Below, piece after piece: positions 49,261-59,109 of a stretch of 59,109 bases of DNA (the stretch's first letter is position 1; every line of letters begins with the position of its first letter). The DNA comes from Octopus bimaculoides. Taxonomy: Eukaryota. The position numbers were made by a program, and so were the translations under genes. Where the stretch lies: contig NC_069008.1 in the NCBI RefSeq assembly GCF_001194135.2, forward strand, positions 10,184,708 through 10,243,816, read 5' to 3'. The notes below the pieces were generated by a model, which saw only the letters and a program-made list of their open reading frames with translations, was not told the DNA's origin and ran no database searches.

Positions 49261-50699
49261 GATTACTCGCTTGTAATCTGAGAGAACTGTATACTGCATA
49301 CATTATCATCATCATCGCACCAGCCTCCAATCTGATCTGGCAATGTTTCTACGGGTGGATGCCCTTCCTCACGCCAACCACTCCAAGAGTGTAGTGCGCG
49401 CTGTTTAAGTGCCATCAGCATGGGAGCCAGTCAGGGGACACTAGCAACGTTTCTGCATTGACCACCAGTTAAGGGATCAGGGGACCCTGTCAAAGCTTTC
49501 TCCAAGCCAAGAAAAGCCAAGTGCAGAGGTTTATTTTGAATAGATATTTCTCCTGCGGTTGCCTTACCAGAAATATAACATCAGTGGTGCTTTTGCCTCG
49601 CACAAAACCAAACTGCATTTCATCTAGGTTAACTCTCTCCCTAATCGGTTGGGCTATGACCCTCTCTGTAACTTTCATCACCTGATCCAATAATTTGATA
49701 CCCCTGTAGTTATTTCTTTTACCTTTGTAGCAGCTGACTATGGTGCTGTTACACCAGTNNNNNNNNNNNNNNNNNNNNNNNNNNNNNNNNNNNNNNNNNN
49801 NNNNNNNNNNNNNNNNNNNNNNNNNNNNNNNNNNNNNNNNNNNNNNNNNNNNNNNNNNNNNNNNNNNNNNNNNNNNNNNNNNNNNNNNNNNNNNNNNNNN
49901 NNNNNNNNNNNNNNNNNNNNNNNNNNNNNNNNNNNNNNNNNNNNNNNNNNNNNNNNNNNNNNNNNNNNNNNNNNNNNNNNNNNNNNNNNNNNNNNNNNNN
50001 NNNNNNNNNNNNNNNNNNNNNNNNNNNNNNNNNNNNNNNNNNNNNNNNNNNNNNNNNNNNNNNNNNNNNNNNNNNNNNNNNNNNNNNNNNNNNNNNNNNN
50101 NNNNNNNNNNNNNNNNNNNNNNNNNNNNNNNNNNNNNNNNNNNNNNNNNNNNNNNNNNNNNNNNNNNNNNNNNNNNNNNNNNNNNNNNNNNNNNNNNNNN
50201 NNNNNNNNNNNNNNNNNNNNNNNNNNNNNNNNNNNNNNNNNNNNNNNNNNNNNNNNNNNNNNNNNNNNNNNNNNNNNNNNNNNNNNNNNNNNNNNNNNNN
50301 NNNNNNNNNNNNNNNNNNNNNNNNNNNNNNNNNNNNNNNNNNNNNNNNNNNNNNNNNNNNNNNNNNNNNNNNNNNNNNNNNNNNNNNNNNNNNNNNNNNN
50401 NNNNNNNNNNNNNNNNNNNNNNNNNNNNNNNNNNNNNNNNNNNNNNNNNNNNNNNNNNNNNNNNNNNNNNNNNNNNNNNNNNNNNNNNNNNNNNNNNNNN
50501 NNNNNNNNNNNNNNNNNNNNNNNNNNNNNNNNNNNNNNNNNNNNNNNNNNNNNNNNNNNNNNNNNNNNNNNNNNNNNNNNNNNNNNNNNNNNNNNNNNNN
50601 NNNNNNNNNNNNNNNNNNNNNNNNNNNNNNNNNNNNNNNNNNNNNNNNNNNNNNNNNNNNNNNNNNNNNNNNNNNNNNNNNNNAAATGAATAGTGGATT

Positions 50700-51252
50700 T
50701 TGCTAAAATGAAAACTATCTAAAAGTGTCAAATAAAGACTAGAAATCACGAAATTCGCATTTTCCAGTTTTGTTGGTTTTTCATGGTTATTTGCAATATT
50801 TTAGGAGTTTGAGTTTTGTGAAAATGGTTGTGAATTCCGTGAACTCTGATAAATATAGCGTTTTCATCAACCATCTAGCCAATATTAACCCAATAGACTT
50901 CAAAATGAAAAGTGGTTTTTGCAAAAATGTTAACTCTCTAAAAGTGTCAAAAAACGACTGCAAAACACGAAATTCGCATTTTCAAGTTTTATTGGTTCTT
51001 CATTGTTTGCAAAATTTCGTGAGTTCCAATTTTGTGAAAATAGTTGTGACTTCGGTGAACTCTTTGATAAATATAACGTTTTCATCAACCATCTAGCCAA
51101 TATTAATCCAATAGACTTCAAAATGAAAAGTGGTTTTTGCAAAAATGTTAACTCTCTAAAAGTGTCAAAAAACGACTGCAAAACAGTTTCAGTTTTGTGA
51201 AAAAGGTTGTGACTTCAGTGAACTCTTTGATAAATATAATGTTCTCATCAAC
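50700..51252. repeat. About 218-bp tandem satellite-like unit, about 2.5 copies
   Basis: agtgtc anchor at 50724, 50943, 51161 (spacing 219, 218). Confidence 0.85.
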
Positions 51253-52090
51253 CTGTACAGCTCTTACCAACCACTCATCTATCCTAAGTTTCTGCATTGA
51301 CCACCAGTTAAGGGATCAGGGGACCCTGTCAAAGCTTNNNNNNNNNNNNNNNNNNNNNNNNNNNNNNNNNNNNNNNNNNNNNNNNNNNNNNNNNNNNNNN
51401 NNNNNNNNNNNNNNNNNNNNNNNNNNNNNNNNNNNNNATCCATACCCTATCCCAATGTCTAAAAGTGAAAATGAACGGCTGTTTTGTTCTCACTGTCCAG
51501 TTTTTGTTACCACTTTCACCCTCCGCAAAAAATCCCAAATGTTATTTAATTTGCTTTGTGGGAAGGACTGTTTTAACGAAGTCGCTTATTGTCCTTACCT
51601 TCGAAATGCAGAGAAGATAAGACAGGGGACAATTGATGAAGGGAATGTTCTTTATGCTGCATGTCTCATTTTTCTGTTTGATTTTTTCTGTTGTTCGGAA
51701 AAAAGTTCGTTTTCTATGTTTTTGTTTTTTATGTTTTCGTTTCTCATTGTGTCTGCATTTTTTTGATATCCTGTACCCATATATGCATGTATATATACAT
51801 ATATGTGTAGGTATGTACATATATGTAAGTATATATGCATATATTAATATATTATTTATATTATATATATAGAGAGAGAGAGAGGGAGGGAGGGACAGTT
51901 ACTTACTGCATGTTTGGAACTGTGTCGTTCTTTGAGCTGATGCTGTAGTTCCTTGATTTCATTGTTCAAATGGTCAATCTGGAGACGATAGGCCTGACCC
52001 TGGGACTCCTTGTCACTCATCCGAAGATCTAAGGCCTTTTTCTCCTTCTCTAGTAGGTAGTTCTGAGATTTCAGTTCAGCCTTTTCTTCC

Positions 52091-52140
<50 letters not shown>

Positions 52141-53189
52141 AAATCTATTATAACAATGAGCTTGTTTCTAAGTTTGTCCAAAATCACACAATGAAAGAGT
52201 AGCAGAGTTAAGTAAGAGTAAAAAACGAGATNNNNNNNNNNNNNNNNNNNNNNNNNNNNNNNNNNNNNNNNNNNNNNNNNNNNNNNNNNNNNNNNNNNNN
52301 NNNNNNNNNNNNNNNNNNNNNNNNNNNNNNNNNNNNNNNNNNNNNNNNNNNNNNNNNNNNNNNNNNNNNNNNNNNNNNNNNNNNNNNNNNNNNNNNNNNN
52401 NNNNNNNNNNNNNNNNNNNNNNNNNNNNNNNNNNNNNNNNNNNNNNNNNNNNNNNNNNNNNNNNNNNNNNNNNNNNNNNNNNNNNNNNNNNNNNNNNNNN
52501 NNNNNNNNNNNNNNNNNNNNNNNNNNNNNNNNNNNNNNNNNNNNNNNNNNNNNNNNNNNNNNNNNNNNNNNNNNNNNNNNNNNNNNNNNNNNNNNNNNNN
52601 NNNNNNNNNNNNNNNNNNNNNNNNNNNNNNNNNNNNNNNNNNNNNNNNNNNNNNNNNNNNNNNNNNNNNNNNNNNNNNNNNNNNNNNNNNNNNNNNNNNN
52701 NNNNNNNNNNNNNNNNNNNNNNNNNNNNNNNNNNNNNNNNNNNNNNNNNNNNNNNNNNNNNNNNNNNNNNNNNNNNNNNNNNNNNNNNNNNNNNNNNNNN
52801 NNNNNNNNNNNNNNNNNNNNNNNNNNNNNNNNNNNNNNNNNNNNNNNNNNNNNNNNNNNNNNNNNNNNNNNNNNNNNNNNNNNNNNNNNNNNNNNNNNNN
52901 NNNNNNNNNNNNNNNNNNNNNNNNNNNNNNNNNNNNNNNNNNNNNNNNNNNNNNNNNNNNNNNNNNNNNNNNNNNNGATTTTTGGCAATTTTCCAGAACC
53001 TCTGTATCCAAAAATAGGGGTTTTTGGCAAAAAAAATTTTTTAAATAAACAAATTTGGGAGAAAATGGGGTGGGGGACAGGCGGAAGTCTTTCCTCTTGT
53101 AAGTGTGTGTGAAGAGACAGAGAGAGTAATGTTGCTGGTATGTGTGTATGTGTGAAAGAGAGAGAGATAACTGAAATTTTTTCCAAAGA

Positions 53190-53800
53190 ATTCTAGGTAT
53201 TACTCTATTATCAATTCGCACACATTTAGGATTGGTTTTTTCCAACACAAAAAATCTCTTACAAATTATCTCCTCACATAATATTAGCCTGTTCAATAAG
53301 AATACATTTACTAATACTAACATTAATTTAGCTAATATCATCCATGCCCCTAGAAATATTAATAACAAGGTTATTGTCTTTGAAGTCAATTCCAACAGAA
53401 TTAAGTTTATGTCAAGTAATTCTAAGATGAAAAACTCTATATACCAGTGTAAAATAACTTCAGGTGCCGATGTCTTTTTTTATACAGGTAGTTCTTCATC
53501 TCAGTTATCTAAAAGAATTTCTAATCATTACTCTACATTTAGGGATAGGAATAAATGTAACAGTACAGGGCTTAGTAAATTAATTTGGTATCTAAAAGAC
53601 CATAATAAACAATTTAATTTAGATTGGTTGATTTTCTCCATTTTGTTCTCTTATGATAAAGGCAAGGAATTTTGTCTTCTCTGTAATTGTGAACTATTTT
53701 TTATTCTTTTTCTAAAAATCCCCTTGTAAACACGGTTATAGAGTGTGCTTATCAATGTAAACATGGGTAGAAACACACCTTTAGTTCATATAAGTGATAT
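53190..53800 (+). mobile_element. Penelope-like element, GIY-YIG endonuclease fragment
   Basis: SIYQCKIT..YTGSSSSQLSKRISNHYSTFR..NSTGLSKLIWYLK..W..CLLCNCE is the PLE-type GIY-YIG C-terminal domain. Confidence 0.8.
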
Positions 53801-53821
53801 CTACCCTAACCCTAACCCTAA

Positions 53822-55440
53822 CAAGGGACCTTAGTTCACTAGAAGTGAACTAAGGTAACACCCCTTATTTTTTGAGCACCATCCGGAGTATTCGAGCGGT
53901 TCCAAGCAGTGCTGTTTTCAGCAAGTGCTCTATCCTTATTGCAGTCCTTATTTGTTTCATGTATGTCTCAAGATTTTTACTCACTGTTCCAAGGGCTCTG
54001 ACAATTATTGGTACCACTACCACTTTTTTCATCGACCACAACTGCTTAACCTCCCAAGCTAACCTGTCATATCTACCGACTTTTCTTTCTTCCTTATCAC
54101 ATACCTTGTCGGCTGGGCATGCTATATCTATGATTCAGCATCGTTTGATTTCTTTCTCAATTAACACTGTCTGGCTTCCTATTTTCTGTCTCATGGTCAC
54201 ACTGAATCATAAAATCCCATAGGATCTTTGCATTATCATTTTTGATGAAGCCTTCAGGTTTGTTCGTACCTCTTTTTTGTTCTTTCAAGTCCATACTTGT
54301 TGCAAAGTGTCCAGTGGACAATCCTTGCTATATTGTCATTATGTCTCTTATATTCTTTCTGGGCTAGTGGTGTTCATTGACTATTTGACCATTTTGTCCA
54401 CAGATTCTGCACTTATCACTTTCTGATGTGTTGTCTATTCTGTATTTGATGTAATTCGTTCTTAGTGCTTGCTCTTGGGCAGCACAGATTAGAGCCCCTG
54501 TTTCGGGTTTTAAATCCCTTTTAGTCATCTTCAACATCTCTATGAAATTGTCCATGCATTCTTTTTTTCATCCACCTATTTTCAGTTTCATTCTCAAATG
54601 CTTGTATAGTGCTTTATCTTTGCAATCTTCAATCCTACACAAGCCTGACCTTTTTACTTCCAATGATAGTGGTCCTGTGGCATTTTTACATACCATGCTA
54701 TATTGTTTTCTTCTGCTCTAACGCTGTGTTTGCATCCAATCAGTCCTCTTGCCCCTCTTTTTCTTGGTACATACAGTCTGTCTGTGTCCCTTTTTGGGTG
54801 GAGCATCCCATATCTGGTCAGCAACTTTGTCTTTCTGTCTAAACTGTTTAGTTCATCTACTGTCCATGCGATTACCCTTGCTCCATATCTAAGGAGTGAA
54901 ACTGCCCAGGTGTTGATAGATTCAATTGTATTCCATCTGTTTAATTTTGACTTAAGGATCAGTCTTAGTCTGTGCAAGTATTCCACCTTAAATTTTTCTG
55001 TCATTTCTTTCTCCATCAATTTATTCATTTCCAATATCCCCAAGTACTTATAACCCGTCTCTTCTATCTGCTTCATAACCTCTCCCAACAGTATCGCTAG
55101 CCCGTCCATACATTTGATTTTTGCCTCTCTTCAAGACCACACTTTTTCAGTCCAAACTCCATTCTGATATCAGTACTGAAAGTATACACTGTATCAACGA
55201 GGAAACTGACTTGGGATTCATCTTCACCATAAAGTTTGAGGTCATCCATGAATAACAAATGGTTGAATTTTTGTTGGTGGCTTTTGAATACATACCCAGC
55301 CTTTGCTTCCCACAGAATCAGTTTTAGTGGTATTATGCACAGTACAAAGATCAGTGGGGATAGACAGTCCCCTTGGAAGATGTCTATTGTCTCTAAACTT
55401 CTTCCATATGCTGTCAGTTCCATCCTCCACTTCGCCATAC
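53822..55440 (-). mobile_element. R4/Dong-like non-LTR element 3' half (RT, CCHC, restriction-like endonuclease)
   Basis: IFQGDCLSPL, HLLFMDDLKLY, YKYLGILE, AAQEQALRTNY..CRICG, KPD..IIDIACP (PD..D RLE motif), KTALLGTARIL; 3' end abuts (CCCTAA)3. Confidence 0.85.
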
Positions 55441-55446
55441 TAACCC

Positions 55447-57085
55447 TCAATATACTATCATAATGTACACTGACATTGGATGTTCAAAAGAGCATACCAC
55501 CTTCATTCCTCTCTGGTCTTCTTTGTGTCCTCTGCATTTCACTACCATGTAGCATTGCTTTTTGTACACAAGCATCATACAATATTCCTTTCACTCAGAG
55601 AGAAAAAGACCTTTGGTTGCCAACAGAGGTAAAAGCTCTCTATTTTCTGTATCCTATTCTTATTCCAGCAATTATACTTTCAGAACAGCCTCTTCTTCTG
55701 CTAATTAGGTCACCTAGGTAACAGAAATTATTTACAGCCTTTAGAGAGCTTCTAGGGCATTTGAGAAAATCAATTTCTTGCATATCTTTATGACTCCTGT
55801 GCGTTTTCAACATACAAACATTACTTCCTCCATTAACTATCCACTGCACCTCTTGTGTGTCCATAGCTTGCACTGGGTACGCGAATGGAATTCCTGCCTA
55901 TACCTTTCCTACATATCAAGCAGGGCCATTCACCTGAAGTGGGTACAGTCCTGTCTGTTTTCTTGCTTACCTTAGAACCTTGGTCTTTGCTAAGTTAACT
56001 TTAAGGCCCTTCAATTCTAGGTTTTGCTTCCACACCTGGAATTGATTTTCTATTTCTATTACAGATTCTGCTATGATAACAAGATTTCCCATGGGCAGCC
56101 AGTCTTAAACTTTTCTGTTATGACCAGGAGAATGATGTACTCATAGCTAGCTCTTATCTTATTAACAGCAACCCTACATATGGCTTGTACTGCTTTCACA
56201 AGCCATTTGTCTACCCCTAGCCTCCTCAGACACCACCATGTCACAGAGTGAGGTACTCTGTTGAAGGCTTTCTCCAGCTCAACAAAAACTGAGTACAATG
56301 GTTTATACTTCTCTTGTTACTTCTTTTGCAGTTGCCTGACCATGATAAAACATCAATAGTGCTTCTCTTCAGCACAAAGCCAAACTGCATTTCATCTAGG
56401 TTAATACTATTTCTAATTAATTGGGGTATTACTCTTCCAGGACCGGGTCATAACCTGGTCCAGTAATTTAATACTTTTATAATTACTTCTATTTAAGGCA
56501 GTGGTTCCTGAACATTTTCAGGGTGCCACATTCCTAGGGCCCCTACGACACTCACCATCAGAAATGTAGATAACTTTCTGAAGCAAGTTCAAAGCAACTG
56601 TATTTCACAAATAAAACTTAATCTAATTAACCATTTATTTTGTTATTTTTACATCCATCACCCCGCTTTTGGCCACCACATTGTTGCCCTACTTTTCTTC
56701 AACACCCCTCCTTATCTCCCCCTACTTCAGAGGAAAGTGACACTTGCTTTGGGAACCACTGATCTAAGGCATCTTCCTTACCCTTGAAACAGCTGACTCT
56801 AATGCTGCTACACCAGTCACTGGGGCTGAAACCTTCCTAAATAATCTGATCAACTATACAGGTGACAAGACTATATCTTACTCTACCAGATATTTTAAGC
56901 ATCGCAGCAATAACTCCAGATGGATCAGAGGCTTTCCCTGACTTCATGTTCTTTTCTCCCAATCATTCTCCACAATTAATACCTTTCATAGTAGCATTTC
57001 CATGCTCATTTCTTTTCAGAATTACTAAGTGCAAGCACACCATTATCCATATACTTCTCTCTCACAACATCTCAATTCCTCTGAC
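55447..57085 (-). mobile_element. Older RTE LINE fragment
   Basis: VELEKAFNRVP..WWCLRRLGVDKWLV, DEMQFG, NFCYLGDLIS. Confidence 0.8.
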
Positions 57086-58827
57086 ACACACATATCTATA
57101 AAGTCCTGGAAGGATTAAAAGGTAAGGTATTTTCCAAACCAGTACTCAACCGGAGCTTTAAGCTTTTTAAATTGTAGTTTTAAGTAAGACTGGAATTCTT
57201 GTGTAGAAAAGCCAGATGTCACATCAGTGAAATCAGTGTGTGGGTTTAGCAAAGAAAGTGTTTATCACATCTTTAATGACCAGCTACAATTGTGCATCTG
57301 TCAATACTTGGCAGATGCACAATGTAAGAGCACACTTTTGATACAAGTCTAATGAGGTGCCATTCTAATGTTAAAAAGCTATAAATATGTAACTTCACAC
57401 AGAGAAGTTTTGCATGAATTGACTTTAAAAACAATGTTGGTACAGAAACAATTGTAACTGGTCATTAAAGATGTGATTAACTCATTCTTTGTCTTCTTAT
57501 TCACATGACACACACACGCACACATCATTTTAGTATCCAGCTTGCATGGTGCAGATGGAATTAGTTGAAGAAGAATTCTTTTGGTTGGATGCCTTTCCTA
57601 CTGCCAGCCATCATCTGTTTCCAAGCAAGGTAATATTTCGTTGTGGCCAAATATATTTTCATGGAACACAAAATGACAAGCAACATGTGTATGATGATGA
57701 TGCTTATTTTATAACTTTTGTATGATATCAAGCCAAGGAAAACACACACACACACACACACATGAAGGCTGACCTTAGGATGTTGAGCCTCACAGAAGAG
57801 ATAACAAATGACTTAGATAACAGGCAATTTTCTGTGCCTGATAAAACCTGCCAATCCAAGTAAAAATAAGGATCTAAAAGCATATAATTTTGTCCATGCT
57901 CCTGCATTTAAGTTATCCCCAGAACACATCTTTCAACACCCACACCTCTATCACTCTTCAAACTAACTCAGCTGCTGTAATTATGAGAGCAAAGATGAAC
58001 ATATTCCATCTGTCACATTCTTGTGCTCCTGCATTTCCCCTTCCCTGGAGCCACCTCCCTGTGTCTCTCATTTTGCATTTTTGCTATCATTTCATACCAC
58101 TGTTGAACACAATTTCATATTAGCACCATCCTCCAATCCACACTTTTTCATCATTCCCTTTATATTCACTGCTACATGCACCAAGTCTCTGTTTTTGTAC
58201 TAAGTACCCTTCTCTCTACCATCACTTTTCAGGCTGCCCTCCACCACACCACTTATTTATTGCTACTTATCACCTTCATCTTCCTCCAAACTAATTTTCT
58301 CCATTGACCATACCAATTTCTCCATTTGTTGTTCACTGCACCACCTATATTTCTATATTCCCTACCTCAATCCATCTGTCAGTAATTTCACACTCTTGTG
58401 AACTTCCTTCATTTTCTGCTAGGGTGGCCATGTATTTCATCTAACCGTCTACCATACTCTTGCTTCTTAACACATATGATAAGCTTCCTTCCTCAGTCAA
58501 AGGATCTGGTCTTGTGAGCTACTTTGCAACCACACTAGTAATTGTAAGGCAAAAAAGCACTCAGTACACTCTGTAAAGTGGTTGACATTTGGAAGAGCAT
58601 TCAGCTGTGGAAACCATGCCAAATCAGACATTGTCAGATCTGGTCAAATTGTTCAGCCCATTTCAGCATGGAATATGAACACTAAATGATGATGAAGATG
58701 TGTGTGTGTTTATTATACATGTATATAGGATGGGCTTCTTTCAGTGTCCAAATCTGCCAAATCTGCTTACAAGGGTTTGGTCAGCTCAAGACACATGTCC
58801 AAGATGCCATGAAGTGCAACTGAGTCC

Positions 58828-58906
<79 letters not shown>

Positions 58907-58907
<1 letters not shown>

Positions 58908-59109
58908 TAGCAGTATAACCCGACCTTGTCCGGGTGTGACTTATTATGCCATCTACGATAAGTCTTGCTAGCTGAAAATCAACTAAAAAAGAAAGCCTTA
59001 CAACGAAAAAACCCTTATGATGTAAATATGTTCATAATTCAAAAGACGATGAAATTAATAGGGAAAGTCTGAAGGCTGTTTTGCGTAAAATTATTAAGCA
59101 TACGTAAAT
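58907..59109 (-). mobile_element. Helitron-type 3' terminus inserted at (TA)n
   Basis: Minus strand: cccggacaaggtcggg hairpin (58919-58934), 8 nt, then CTAG (58907-58910), then (TA)n. Confidence 0.65.

Overview
Eukaryotic, AT-rich, repeat-dense draft scaffold with about 20 N-gaps. The SINE/LINE families and (TA)n/(TG)n density suggest a cephalopod, probably Octopus (inference). The only host gene I can support is the 3' part of an MCC (mutated in colorectal cancer)/USHBP1-family coiled-coil gene on the + strand. Four exons are visible (18905-19301, 27303-27502, 33355-33457, 39013-39093), ending in the conserved -NETSL* PDZ-binding tail; middle exons are missing from the assembly. The rest is decayed mobile DNA: pogo and Tc1 transposons, a Gypsy LTR element, a Tigger-MITE > Helentron-type element > Tx1 nest, a Helitron, many RTE LINEs, R4/Dong-like RLE elements, Penelope-like elements and SINEs. 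The most unusual signals are: (1) several minimal type-I hammerhead ribozyme (HHR) motifs, including one with an intact core inside a 360-nt tandem unit (retrozyme-like); (2) five unrelated fold-back elements sitting at (TA)n tracts, one a perfect 142-bp hairpin and one that has captured a copy of nearby DNA; (3) telomeric hexamers at an R4-like/Penelope junction. Everything was read by eye; no database searches or folding programs were run.
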